From NCBI RefSeq assembly GCF_009914755.1, contig NC_060928.1: a DNA stretch of 64,000 nucleotides. The stretch is one strand, 5' to 3'. Positions 27,151 through 44,930 of this stretch are shown here, piece after piece (position 1 is the first letter of the stretch; each line of letters starts with the position of its first letter). The notes beneath the pieces were generated by a model, which worked only from the letters and a program-made list of their open reading frames with translations, was not told the DNA's origin and did not search any database. The position numbers and the translations under genes are program-made. Source of the stretch: the human T2T-CHM13v2.0 reference genome, Homo sapiens.

Positions 27151-30100
27151 AGGACAAAGGAGGAAATCTCATGTTAATTAAAATCTAACTTGTTAAACAA
27201 GTTTGAGGGAATCAACAAACCAATAGTATGACTTGTGGAAGATAATTGGAAATAGACAGGGAATTTCACAAATTAGTAAGAAATTTATTTATTCTGGTAA
27301 ATTGAGATTAAACACAATTACAATTGACAGGTATTTTGTGAAAGCCTGTGACTACTTCACAACTGTAGAGTCACTTTTAGTTCAAGAGGATTTGACACTT
27401 ATTTTGCTCATGTTATCATATTGTTATACACCTCATTCCTCAACACAGCCAGCCAAGATCCATCAGAACATACTTTCCGTACATTAATGGGCACTACCTC
27501 TGAATTCCCTCATCTGTATGATTAAATGCAGTTTTTCTCATAATATATGAAACAGAGCATAATTGAGTAGATGCACAAAGTAAGACAAGCAAACAGAATA
27601 GTTGGAACTAAAATCCACTTTGTTTTTTTCCAAATATGATCATTTGAAAAAGCTATTCTAACACACTACTACTAGAAGAGGAGCAGACAGAAGAAGACAG
27701 TATGAGTGTGTAGGGTGTTAGGGTAAGGATGGAGAGCTCAAGAAAACAGGCAAGACTAGCAGGGAGGGGAAAAAGGGCATTCCTGTCTAACATTGCAAAG
27801 AAGCAGGATATAAATTTGGAAGGTTATACTGGGGTTACTTTGTGAGAACTAATGAATGCTAAAGAATTGGAACTTGTAATAGAATTATTACAATATTATT
27901 AGTAGTACAATATGAATTCTAGTCTTAGCTTTTTCACCAACTAATTGTGTAGCTTAAGGGAAAAAATTTACTTATTTCTCCATAAGTCACATGTATCTAC
28001 TAAGAAAAGTGGAAGCTGAATCAGGAGGTCTTAGAGGACTCTCAATTATAAAATTCTATGACTTCATCTTGTAAAGCACTGACAACTAATGGTTAAATTT
28101 ACTCCAATACTGCAACTTCAGATGTGTTCAGTTACTTGACTTTTTCTATATAATGTGCAAATCAAACAACAGAGACAGGAATAAGTGGTTACTTATATGT
28201 TTTTTCCCAAATATATTTGGGAAATATATTTTTTACATACAGTATCTCATGCCTGACATTCTGCCATTGATTTTTTAGCAATAAATAAATAACTATAATA
28301 AGATTTAAAAGTTTAAAAAATAAAGTTACCTAAACAAACCATTTTTAAATTTTACATGTTAACTTCAAGTACCTTTAAATATAGTTATATCATGGTATAT
28401 AATTTTGTATTATGCTTTTTATACTTAATATTATTTCACAAATATATCGCTATTACTAATTTTTATTTTTAGTAGCTATATATTTATAACTTTGTATTTT
28501 TATATAATTTAAAACACAAATATGGTACCAAGATTCATTAATTATTAGCAGTTTTAATGGTTGCATTTTAAAAGGTAAATCACATTACATTGAATGGACT
28601 TATCATAAAGCACCAAAGTTATTTTCTAATGTGAAGTATTTAGACATTTTCTATTTTTTTATTGTAGATGATTCTTTGAATGACCACCTTCACAAACATA
28701 GTTTTTCTTTGTCATCCTACAGTTGAATTTTTCTTCAGAATAAACTGAAGAGGCTTATTGAGCCAAGTGATTTAAATATTTTAATGGCTTATAAAATTAT
28801 ACTTTTGTTTTAATAATTTTTACTAGGATTTAAAGTGTTATTTTCTGTTTTTTGCTTACAGAAATTTTCTCTAATTATGCATGCTCTTTCTTGTATGTCT
28901 TTATTTCCTGGAATACTCAGCAGCAAAGGCCTTTTTACCACGTAGGTACTTACTCATCATATGTTGTTTAGATGTCTCATAATTAACGTATTAGTGCAGA
29001 TCCCAGTGCCCTATTACTATTCACAACAGAACGTGGGGATGAGTCGGGGGAAAGGCATGGGGAAAATTGAATTCAGTCTGAAAGTGACTTCCCGCATGAT
29101 GAGCTCAACGCAGAAAGGGAGGTGGGGCAGGAAATTATGGTTTGTGAGGCAAAGGAATTGTTCATAACAGGGACCAGTTTAAAGATGTTGACTCTTCATC
29201 TTTAGATCCTCAGGGAGTGGCAGGATAGGCCTTGACCTATTCTCTTTTTAAGAGATTGCATGAATGAGAAATGTAGAATCACGTTATACAAAAAATATAA
29301 GAGTCCTCTGCCTTCTGGTTACAGGCTGATTTTATTCTTCTGGTTGAACAGTCACAAAACCAAGGCAGCTAGACTGAGAACGAATGACAGGAACAGTTTT
29401 CAGGGACATAGCAGAGATCATTTATATTTCTGGAAGATGAACTATGCAATGTAAGAACTATTAAGATTGGTTCTTTTGCCTGCTGATGGAGAGAGAGTGT
29501 GGTTAAGAGACCCATGAAATCTTAAACTCTGGACATATTTCCCTGCAAATGTGTATTAACACACTTCGTTTAGAAGGAAGTATGAATCATTCAATGTAAC
29601 CGTCATAACAATATTAGCAGAAAAAAACAACCAAAAAGCAGATGACCTGAGAAGGTGTGGGCCAGTAGTGTTTTTCTGAATTTGAAGTTTGTTTAGTCGT
29701 CAAGTCCAGGAAAGCACAGTCATATGGCTATGGTAGACAATATATTCGTCATGACCTCCCTCACAGAGTTACTGTAAAAATAGAAAAAAAAAAAAAAGAT
29801 AATGGAGGTGCTCACCATATGAAAGCTATAAATGTTGTTTAAATGCAAGTATTTATATTTGTTATAAATGTAAATTTTAAAATTGGGTAATAATTGGATT
29901 TTGCAAGTGTGGCTAAATATAATTTTGTGGCTTATGACATGCAGGTAGTTGGAGGCAAAGGTACAAGTACATTCTATCATTTTTCAAAGGCATTTGTCTA
30001 TTCAGAAGGCATGATGTAGTAGAAACAGTATTCTCCTTGGAGTTAGAGTACACTTTAAGTAAAATCTTGACTCTTCTCTTTACTACCCAGCAAGGTCAGG

Positions 30101-30273
30101 AAAATTATTTATCTCTGTAAGCCTGAGAGTTTTTTTAACATGTAAAAATTGAGTTAAAATACCATTCTCATAGAGTTGCAAAAACTACATTTAGTCAAAT
30201 CAAATCAAATGAACTAATAAATGTAAAGCACTTGTCATGTTCAGTAGTTCGTAGAGTACTTGTTCCCAAGGCA

Positions 30274-30280
30274 GTGTGTG

Positions 30281-30310
<30 letters not shown>
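30274..30310 (+). repeat. (GT)n microsatellite
   Basis: Direct reading, one interruption. Confidence 0.95.
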
Positions 30311-30311
<1 letters not shown>

Positions 30312-30545
30312 AGGGGAGAGCTCATACAATTTGAAACTGGTCCTGGATGTTTCCAAAATACTGCCCCCACCCCCGCCCCGCTTAGATTGGCATGTTCTTT
30401 TGCTTCTACAAATTGGTCTTATTCCTAAAGCATTCATACAAACATGGTTTAAGAAATACAACACTCATTACAACCTGTGATGGCTTTCATGTTGACAGTT
30501 ATTTTCTTATGTTTTCTACAAGTAATTTTTTTTTACCTGCACTTA

Positions 30546-32552
<2,007 letters not shown>

Positions 32553-33928
32553 AAGAAAGAAGTGTGTATCCTTTACCCCTCTCCTAAGTTCTCTGCATCA
32601 GTCCCCTTTGAGCTGCATAGAGTTGTTTTCTTATATGATGAGTAATTTTCACTTTCCTGCATGCATTCACAAATTTTACTCTTGTAATTTTCCTCCACAA
32701 TGAGAAAAGCAATCAGAGCACATAAATATAATACATTTAGTATGCAACATCATACATTATTTCACCTACTGGAGGGTCTGGCTGATAAACTCTGTTATTA
32801 AAGAGATACTACTATGTATTAAAATAGATACTACATAGTATCTATTTTAAGAATTATTACATTATAAATTTATGACTATTGGTCTTAGCTGGCCCTTCAA
32901 TACTGCCTAGCAATACAGCTAGGTTTCCCTGGTCAATGTCAAGCATAGGGTTTATTAAAACCATTTCAAATCTTTCTACTCTTCCCCAGTATGAATTTTC
33001 CATTCCTTATTCACTGCACTTGCTTTCAACAGATGACTTACCTTTCTACTATTGGAAAAACAAAAGAGAAGCCTTCAGATGGACACTCCCTCCACTTCCT
33101 GCTATCATGTCTACAGATCTGTACCCATCTGCCCATATTCTTCCTGTTTTAGCAGAAGAGGTTTTCTCATCCCTTGGGAGCCTAATCTTTTCATTGTGCT
33201 CTGTATTCACGTCTTCTTCTTTCGTTTTTCTAAACCTGTTTCTCCAGTATTCCCTATTTCCACAAGTCCACTCCCATTCACCCAGTTTTGAATCCCAGAA
33301 ACCTAACAAACTAAGGTGTCATCCTTGACTGTATCTCTTTTCTTGGTGCCCTATATACATAAATATTTATTGAACCAATTTCTTTCCCTCTCATCCTCAC
33401 TGCCACCACATGACTCCAGGCCACTGTAATCATTAGCTTGATTACTGTCACAGCCTTCTGATTAGCCCTTCTGCCTCTAATCCTTTTCCCACTCTGGTTT
33501 ACTCAGCTGCAAGAATGATGATTACAAATTGAATTATGTTACTATTCTTTTAAAAACTCTTCAATAGCTTCCCGTACACTTAAGATAGAATCTGTTCTCC
33601 TTAACATGGGTGGCAACGCTCTGTAGTATCTGGCCCTTGCCCACCTTTCATGCTTATTCCCACCATACCTCTGATACTCTACACTCTATCCATTGAATTT
33701 CTTTTAGTTACTTTAATATGCTGTCTCTCTATCCCTTCCAGTTCTGTTCCTTTAGCTTGGATTATCTTTTCCTACCTCTTTCAATAATTTTTTTTCTTAG
33801 TTCCGAAATCAGAATGATCACTAAGGCCTACTTGTAGGCTTTTTCTCTTTGGGTAGGTTGGTTCCTCTGCAGTGTGATCCAACATCAGTTTACTTCTCCT
33901 CTTATACTCATTACAACACTCAGTATAC

Positions 33929-34231
33929 TTTTTTATTTTATTTTATTTTGAGACAGGGTCTCACTCCGTTGCCTATGCAGGAGTGCATTGGCATGATTGT
34001 GTCTCACTGTAGCCTTGAACTCCTGGGCTCAAGCAATCTTCCCACCTTGGCCTCCCTAGTAGCTGGGACTACAGGTGTGCACAACCATGCTCAGCTAATA
34101 TTTTAATTTTTGGTAGAGATGGGGTCTTGCTATATTGCCTAAGTTGGTCTTAAACTTTTGGCCTCAAGCAATCCTCCTGCCTTGGCCTCCCAAAGTGCTG
34201 GGATTATAGAAGTGAGCCACTGTGCCTGGCC
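33929..34231 (-). mobile_element. AluJ
   Basis: Antisense dimer with AluJ features (ctcctgggctcaagcaatc); TSD-like ctcagtatactttt / ctcagcacactttt. Confidence 0.9.
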
Positions 34232-34594
34232 TCAGCACACTTTTTTGAAATTTGTCTACACAGTAGACAATAGAGTCCACAAAAGAAAGGATTGCTATGT
34301 TCTCAGAGCCTGTCATCCCTATGTGGCATGGGGTTAATCATTCATTTAATAATTTAAATAATTTATATAAATTACTCAAATAATTTATTTGAATAATTTT
34401 TGAATTATTCAGTGAGTAAATAAAACGTCACTGCTTTCTGCATACTGCAACTGTGTTTCAGCTGTTACAAAATTCACTCTTATAGCAGACATGGAGATAT
34501 CCTTCAGATCCTTCTTCAAGATAAAGCTTGGTGCTTAACTGCAAAGAGTATGAGTATCTGTCTTTTAACTGTAGATTTGTTTTTTATTTTGGTA

Positions 34595-35081
34595 TGGTGA
34601 GGCTAAGCAATCAGGAGAAGATTGTCAATGAAAAGACAGTTTGTTACTCACAATTCCCAAGAGGAGGGTGCACACCATGCCACACAGTGAAGCACCAGGG
34701 TCACTCAGAAGGAAAGGGGTGAAAAAGGTACTATAAGGAAGAGCCTTTATCATTGTTTCTGTGGTAAGGAACAGGTGGGATAAGGTAAGCAGGCTTAGGA
34801 TTGGCTAGTTTGAATAATTTCAGGGGCTCTCAGGTGTAGGGGCTGTCATTAGTTGCATGATACCTGGCCCTGGAGTAATTAGGGCAAGGCCCTAATAGTG
34901 GCTTGGAGTATAAGGGCTCCATAAGGCAGGTGGTAAGGGTTGGCTTGCATGTGACAGGCTAGTCCTAAGCAGTCATTTACTATCTTTAGGAATTAGTTAG
35001 CCCTGGGTGGGGCAGTCCCTCCAGGGTCAATAAGGCTGCAGATGTGAAAGCATCAGAAAAAAAAGGACATGCTTAGTACAA
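34595..35081 (-). mobile_element. MER21-like LTR
   Basis: 'ttgaaaagacagtttgttactcacaattcccaagaggaggg...aggcttaggattggctagtttgaataatttc' resembles the MER21 family. Confidence 0.6.
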
Positions 35082-35089
35082 CCTGACAG

Positions 35090-37140
35090 TCTAACTGATA
35101 GGTTTGTCAGGGCCTTCCTCAGCTTTCAAGCCAAGAACATGTTCTTTTCCCAGTGGCCCCCAAGCCAATGATTGAGCAAGGTGATGATACAAGAGTCTAG
35201 CTATTTCCACTCAATATGGATTTCTCTAACAAGTAGTATTTATTTCAGAGTTCCCTGTTGGCCTGGGAGAAATTTTGTCAGATTGTCACTGCTGTCTGAC
35301 AGCTGCCCCTGCCCAGTCCTGCTTCTTTCCTTCTTCTTTAACAGGTGTTACTTTTCAATAAACTTTTGTACTTTAACTTTGTGTAAGTATTTGCTGTGCT
35401 GAAACCCAGCTTGTAATAGCTGATACCAAGACAACTCCAGGAAAACAGGCATCAAGATGAGATTTAGGGACTGGATTATTCACTACCCAACTGGAAATGA
35501 GGTAGGTGGCAAGCTGGCAACCTCTAACAAGAGGTGGTAGTCTGTTGAAATTTTCATTAGTAGTGAGGTAGGCCAGCATGCTAGTAGAGGTGAATGCACA
35601 AGCCAGTGTGATGATTCACATATTGAAAGGTATGGGGGCTGGGGTGATAAACATAACGAGATGAAATTGCATGGTTGCTACTTGGTTGTTTTATGCCCAA
35701 CGGGTAGATAAGGAAAAGCTGAGGACAATGAACATAATTGAAAAAGCTGAGTATGTGATCCAGAGACTCCTTTTGGTAGATTATTAAGAAGCCCTAACCT
35801 TATTAGTGGGTGAGCAGGAAAAGATGAATACCAAGCACAGAGTTGGATAGAGTGGCTGAATTTCAATGATGGTTAAATGCTCAATTGAAATAGATCTGCT
35901 CTTCCGAAGTCAAGGCTCTAGTTAAGAAAACCTGGGACCTGATGCATGGGATGTGGACATCTAGCTAGATGTCCTTGAAGGTTTTGACTCTGCAGACTTC
36001 TTTTGAACCCATGGCCTTGCAGAAGTGGCCCCACTTTCTTCAACGAGAGCTGGCACTGTGAAGAGATACTGGGGAGGCCTTTTCCCCACAAGGCAATAGC
36101 TCACAAATTAGGAGCTGTGTGCCTCTCCTCTCCTGGTCACCGGGCCTATCAAAGTTAAGCTGGTTATTATCATTACCAGCTGGGAATGTGTCAGGCCTGA
36201 AGAGGGAGGAAAGAATCTACATCCCAAAGGTGCTGCATAAAGTAGCCAGCAGGCAGCAGCAGAGACTGTAGGAGTGCCCTCTGTGGGAATGGATCTTGAG
36301 GGTGCTTGGTCAAGGGGATTGGAACATAAGACTGGATAAGGAAAGTTTTGTTAATTTGGGAGTAGTCTCTCAGTATACAGGATTTAACACCTGACACGGT
36401 GCCCAGGGAATGGTGTAAACTTGCTGTTGGAGTGGCTCTTAGGAGTCTGGAAAAAGTGATGGCCCATGCTGAGCAAGGTTGAAATGCTAGGATTGTTATG
36501 GGAGGCAGTAGGGGAAGGGATTAAAGGATTCAGAGAAATGGACATGGTGTAATGTATAATATTATGTGATGCCAGAAGACCCATTAGAAAATTATATCCC
36601 CTGGGAAAGTCCAGATAATAAATGAAGACCATTAGGAATATGCTGGTGAGAGGGGCACTAGTAGGGGATCAGTTTGTCTCATTTTGCCTGGGACAATCCA
36701 GGCTTTGAAATGGAAAGTATAGCATCCTGGAAACCTCCTCAATCCTAGGCAAACTGGCAAAGTCACCTTAGAGCAGTATCATTAAGTGCTGGCAGGATAG
36801 GCACACAAATGATATGGCCACAGTGGGCAAGATGGAGGTCCTGCCTAGGCCCAACAGTAAGGACTCCCACTTACCAACAACGATGTAACAAATGCCTCCT
36901 CAGAATGCCAACCTGTCGTCAACATAAACACTACACCTACTGGATAGCTCTGTTACTCAAGGGGGCCAACTGGACAGTCAGTGGCAAGTTAGCTATATGG
37001 AATGCCTTCTATCCTGGAAGGACCAGCCATTTCTTCTCACAGGAATAGAAATCTATTCCAGGTATGGGTTTGTCTTGCCTGCCTAGAGGGCCTTAGCCAA
37101 CAGCACTAACTGGGTTGTTGGAAACATTCTAACTGTGTAG
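35090..37140 (+). mobile_element. ERV-L class provirus remnant (LTR16-like 3' part + ERV3-16A3/ERVL-like gag internal sequence)
   Basis: 36284-36388 translates WEWILRVLGQGDWNIRLDKESFVNLGVVSQYTGFN, similar to the ERV-L gag motif EWILRVxDxGGRNIKLDxAEFIDxGxLSRDSxFN; LTR-like AATAAA at ~35357. Confidence 0.7.
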
Positions 37141-37191
37141 ATACCTTACAATTGAAGGGAGCCTCCCTTGTCTCCCAGAGATTTTTTTTAA

Positions 37192-37493
<302 letters not shown>

Positions 37494-38853
37494 TTTCATT
37501 GTGGTTGTTGTAAGTCATTAAAAATATATTGTCCTGCTCATTTGGAAGTGAAATAAATAAATTATTTTCACTTTTTTAACATGTAGAGACAAATTCCAAA
37601 GAAGTCACAGGTTTTTTGTTTGTTTTGCTTTGTTTTCTGCTATGAAATATGTTCTTTTCAGGTTATGACTAAGTATAATTTGAGTGTGACATAGAGTTGA
37701 TTTTTTTTCCAGTGTCATAACATTTATACCTATCTTTTCATCTTAAAGGAATTCTTGAGCAGTAATAAGGCTGTATAATATAGTGGAAGGAAATCAATTA
37801 TAATCTTTTAAAAGTCAGAGACATTGTCTTATTGTGTATTGATGTAGCTATATGGTAATATTTTAAAGTAGTTATTTTGGAAAAAAATATCTGTAACTGT
37901 GCAGTGTTGTAGTTTAAGGGCCTTAGAAACCATGGTATGAATTCTTATGGTGAGTTCCCCTTTTAGGAACCTAATAGGAACACAAACCAGGCCTCTGGCA
38001 AAGATGCTGCTTCGCTGGAGAGGAAGAACAAGAAGTGTGGAAGATAAAATTACATTAAGTTTTGACATAAAAACTGTTTTGTTGCCTTTTGTTTTTAGAT
38101 GTTTTAAAGGAAGCATTTGTCTGTTTAAAATAGAGTGATTAGACTCTAACAAATAATAATAGTAAATGATAAGTAGTAAAAAGTCTCCCACCAAGGGAGG
38201 GAAGTACCTGGAAATATTTACTAAGGTTTCAGTTGCTCTGAGGATGAGTGTGTATTGGGGGAATAAAATATAGATGATTAGGAAGTTCTCAAGAAAATAT
38301 AAAAAATAAATGGTAGAAAGAAATGTAATAGAAATATAATGTTGATTTTGCCAATATACATGAATTGTTTCAACAGAAATAGTAAGAGACAATAATTCTT
38401 CTAATGGTTTTTAAAAGAAGATGCAGTTAGCAGATAACTATGCATTAGCAGATACATAACTAAAACAAAAAAAAAGTTAAGGGTAAGAGGAAGAACAAAA
38501 ACAGCAGATTACTACACAGACACAGTATAGGTAGAAGTCCAGAGCAACAACATTAATACAGATAAGAAGTACAATTTGTATTGATAAAAAGTACACAAAA
38601 ATGCAACATTTTAAAAATGAGAAAAACAATGTAACACACGAGATAAGAAATGCTAACATTATGTGAAACTATGATAAAAATAGTGAATCTTAAGAAAATA
38701 ATTTTATGAAACATAAAAATTATTGAAATTCATTAAAGAAGTAGGAAACTTGAAGTGAAAAATAACCATGGAAGAATGGAAAACATTATATACAATTTTT
38801 TTTTTCTAAAATGATCTGGACTCATAATGTTTCCAGAAATAGTTATTTCCTAT

Positions 38854-40240
38854 TGTGTCCGGAATTGGTGGGTTCTTGGTCTCACTGAATTCAAGAACGA
38901 AGCTGTGGACCCTCGCGGTGAGTGTTACAGTTCTTAAAGGCCGCGTGTCCAGAATTTGTTCCTTCTGATGTTCACATGTGTTCGGAGTTTCTTCTCTCTG
39001 GTGGGTTTGTGGTCTCGCTGGCTCAGGAGTGAAGCTGCAGACCTTCCCAGTAAGTGTTACAGCTCATAAAGGAAGTGTGAACCCAAAGAGTGAACGGCAG
39101 CAAGATTTATTGCAAAGGGCAAAACAAAACACCTCCCACACTGTGGAAGGTTACCAGAGCGGGTTGCCACTGCTGGTTGGGGCAGACTGCCTTTATTCTC
39201 TTATCTGGCCCCACCCACATCCTGCTGATTGGTCCATTTTACAGAGAGCTGATTGGTCTGTTTTACAGAGAGCTGATTGGTCCATTTTGACACGGTGCTG
39301 ATTGGTGCATTTACAATCCTGGAGCTAGACACAAAAGTTCTCCAAGTCCCCACTAGATTAGCTAGATACAGAGTGCTGATTGGTGTATTTACAAACCTTG
39401 AGCTAGATACAGAGTGCCGATTGGTGTATTCACAATCCCTTAGCTAGACACAAAGGTTCTCCAAGTCCCCACCAGATTAGCTAGATACAGAGTGCTGATT
39501 GGTGCATTTACAAACCATGGGCTAGACACAGGGTGCTGTTTGGTGCATATACAATCCTCCAGCTAGACATAGAAGTTCTCCAAGTCCCCACTAGACTCAG
39601 GAGCCCAGCTGGCTTCACCCAGTGGCTCCCCCATTGGGGTTGCAGGTGGAACTGCCTGCCAGTCCCCTGCTGTGCGCCCGCACTCTGGCGGTCAATGGGA
39701 CCAGGCGCTGTGGAGCAGGGGATGGCACTCATGGGGAGGCTGGGGCCGTGCAGGAGCCCACGGTGGCAGGGGTTGGGGGTGAGGCTCAGGCATGGCAGGC
39801 TGCAGGTCCTGAACCCTGCCTCGCAGGGAGGCAGCTAAGGCTTGGAGAGAAATCAAGCACAGCGCCAGTGGGCTGGCACTGCTGGGGGACCCGGCACACC
39901 CTCTGCAACTGCTGGCCCGGGTGCTAAGCCCCTCACTGCCAGCGGCGGCAGGGCCGGCCGGCCACTCCAAGTGCAGGCCCACCAAGCCCACACCCACCCG
40001 GAACTCTAGCTGGCCGGCAAGTGCAGAGCGCAGCCCTGGTTCCCGCCTGTGCCTCTCCCTCTACATCTCCCCGCAGGCTGAGCGAGCCGGCTCTGGCCCC
40101 TGCCATCCCAGGAAGGGGCTCCTACAGTGCAGCGGCGGGCTGAAGGGCTCCTCAAGTGCGGCCAGAGTGGGCGCCGAGGCCGAGGAGGCGCCAAGAGCGA
40201 GCGAGGGCTGAGAGGGCTGCCAGCACGCTGTCACCTTTCA
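38854..40240 (-). mobile_element. Solo LTR12 (ERV9/HERV9 LTR, LTR12C/D-like)
   Basis: TG...CA termini, minus strand starts TGAAAGGTGACAGCGTGCTGG; 4 bp TSD CTAT at 38850-38853 and 40241-40244; tandem CCAAT-containing repeats and GC-rich U3. Confidence 0.95.
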
Positions 40241-41772
40241 CTATATTAACCATTTTTAAGAATAGAACACGCTGAAATCTTTACAGTTGATTTCATAATG
40301 TTCACATTATCTTGATTAATAAAAATCTTGTTAGAACACTCATAAATAGACTAATGTGGCTCTGAGGAATTATTAACTGCATTTAAGTATATACAGTTAT
40401 TTAAATATGTACAGTTAATAATTGTATTTAATTATATACAGTTATTAATTTCTCAGAATTAATTATTTTCTCTAGATCAGGGTATGTAGGGTTGCTTAAG
40501 TGGACTGCAAGTCAAACACTGCAATTCAAAGTATTTGTCCTTATGATCACGTTAGTGTTTCTATTTGGAAATGCTGCCTTTGTTTTGTTTTACTAGAAGG
40601 ACATAACATGTCCTTCTAGATCTTTAGTCATGTAAACCTTTCGTTGAACTTGGATTTTTCCTGATTTGGCTCTGGGGATCCTCAAGGGAAATTGTATTAA
40701 GTATGTTAAGGCAAACTATTTCAATAGCACCTTTCAAAGTTGGTGAAAATTTGCTTAGCTCTGTTTTTAAGGATTCATGCTATTACATTGGACCCACTCA
40801 GATAACTTAGAATTATCTTAACTACATGTTAATACTTAATAGCCTTATTTACATCTGCAGAGTTCCTTTTGTCAGGTAGCATAACACATTCATAGGCTTG
40901 ACACTGGTGAAACTAGATTATCAGGAATTGGTAAGGGAAACTTTTCTCTGGGATATCTAACTTGAGAATTTGAGTCATTTTGCTCCCAGGCTCCAACTAA
41001 TACAGATGATGCCTCAAAGGTAGCTGGAGAATTGCTATGGATAATAGTGTCTAACAGAATGCCAGAACCTCCTGCAATGGCCCTGGAGGGCCCAGAATTC
41101 AGAGGTGGTTTACTTCATGAGGACAGTAAGTCAGGGAGCTGCTCAACCTATGACTTTTTCTGTGCTATGATGCTACCATAGTTTAAACCACACAAAGTAT
41201 TCAGTAAGTTATGCAAAGATTTTCAAAATACTACATAATATCATCTAATGTGCCCAAACCAATAATGCTTATGTCAAGGCTAAGGACAGATGAGGGTAAT
41301 CTGAGAAATCACTCTCTTTTTCTGACTGCGGAAGCCTACTTGTTATCTTTGATTTTTCCTACTAACATTGGTATGACATTAGCAAGGAGGTCTCCAACAT
41401 CCTCATGAAGCTATTAGATACTGCAGTGACCCTCTCTCTGCATCATCACCATCAATTTCCACAGAATTTTAAGCTACATGATATTCAGCTATTAAATTAT
41501 TTAAGAAAAATACCTTTGGTTCCTATTCTCTGTTTATACCTATTGAACAAGAATTTCAATTTGATTATTACAAAAATTTCTGATTTTATGTTTTCTTTAA
41601 CAATAAAATTCAGCCACAGAATTCTTCAGCTATAGAAGAGTTAGTTCCCTTATTCTAACTCCCTGCATGCCTTCATCCAGAACTCTATATTCTCCTTTTA
41701 TACTCCTCTATATTCCACCACATCTCCAAGGGCCTTTAAGGATCTGGTAGCTTTTTGAAAAAGACAGATTTT

Positions 41773-43078
<1,306 letters not shown>

Positions 43079-44588
43079 TTAAGCACTTGGGAAATCTATA
43101 GCCCAATACAGGAGTGCCACCAGCATAGTCTCTGGGATACCAAGATGAGGTGCAAATAGCATGTCAATAGTGTGTAAATAGTGTGTAACCTTAGGGAAGA
43201 CTGCTGTGTAGAGTATATTCTTTGAGGGTTCCTCTGGCCTTTGCCAGGGTCTAGAGGGCTGCTGAATCGGTCCCTCCTAAGTGCTGACAACTATTAATAT
43301 TTCTCTTGTAACTTGGAGCTTCAGTTTCCACTCTATCCACATCTATTCATTCTTTCACAGTTCTCGCCTATGCCCAGTTCACTAAGAGCTCACTCTGAGT
43401 TATATCTACCTATCTCAGAAACATTAACCAGAGGCAGAAAATCCAAGTGTGAGTTAGGTTCTCAGCTAACTACTGTTTCTGCCTACTTGGAAGCAGAAGG
43501 GAGAAGTCACTGCAGTTTAACTCACTTCCTAGCTCAGAAATGTAGCAGACACATTTAGGTCTTTTAATGAATAAACCTAAGATAGTATCTTTAACTTTTC
43601 CATCCTTATTTTTTCCAATAATATTGTTACTTTATTATGCCTGATTTTACCATTTGTTGGTCTAAGAATTAGCCTTTAAATGCCCACATTCTTTTGAAAC
43701 TATTCTCTAAGTGGGTTTGGATCCAGATTCCCTTCCCTACCAGTTACAATCTTCAGATTAAAAATGTGTAAAATGGCTTTTGATCGGGCTTCTCTCTAAA
43801 ACTTGACCTCAGAAATTTTAACATTAGCTCAAAATACTAAGTTAATACTAGCTCAAAATACTAATACTACATTAGTTCACATATAAGTGGTTTTTCAGTT
43901 ACCGAGTCTTTCTCTAAGTTTGGATGTTTCAGGCACCTCCTTATACGGAGAGTGTTGATACTCTCACTCACTGTTTTCCAGTCCTTTGTTAGCTCACAAG
44001 ACCCAGATCACTTCCATTGGCATATTTTTTGGATTGACATTTAGTATTTTTCCGCTTTATTTTATTTAGTGACTTCTGGTGTAGGAGGAGTCTCTTGAGT
44101 TTAGAAAATATCAAAACAGTTTAAAAAGTTAGTTTACCAATTAAATCCTGATTACAAATGGAAATAAAAGAATAATGTGTTATACAGATAAGCAAAATCT
44201 ATGAGCAAAATATCATTTTAAAAATCAATTTTAAAATACCTATTTCTATTAGCTTTTAAAAATAGATATCATGTGTTATTTTTAGTTTTATCTCTGTTGT
44301 CTCCCATTAGACAAATTCAACAAGGAAGGGCCTCAATCAGAGGAATATAATCATGGATATCGATCATGGTCATTTGGAAGTACTCAGATATGTGAAATCC
44401 ATAAGAGAAACAGGAAGAAAGAACACTGGTAAATCAACTAAAACCAAAAAAGGGAATGTGAACTGTTGCAAGGCTGAGGTTTGCTTTTGGCCTTGTTTCC
44501 AAATATACCTATGGATTTGGAGTATGCTCATGTTAGGGTTTTTTGGGGAAAAGTTCATCAGTTAGAATTCCATGTATGAGTACCACAA

Positions 44589-44930
<342 letters not shown>

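Noticed and set aside
34340-34425. AT-rich quasi-palindromic stretch
   Set aside because: Low-complexity A/T sequence; imperfect symmetry is expected by chance
37829-38392. 187 aa hydrophobic minus-strand ORF
   Set aside because: Reverse of A-rich low-complexity sequence, non-ATG start, no recognisable domain or splice context
39220-39600. Regular repeat-spacer-like array resembling CRISPR
   Set aside because: These are the known tandem CCAAT enhancer repeats of LTR12 U3; eukaryotic DNA, no cas genes, no unique spacers
39500-40240. CpG-island-like region with several ~100 aa ORFs
   Set aside because: Lies wholly within the LTR12; the ORFs reflect high GC content
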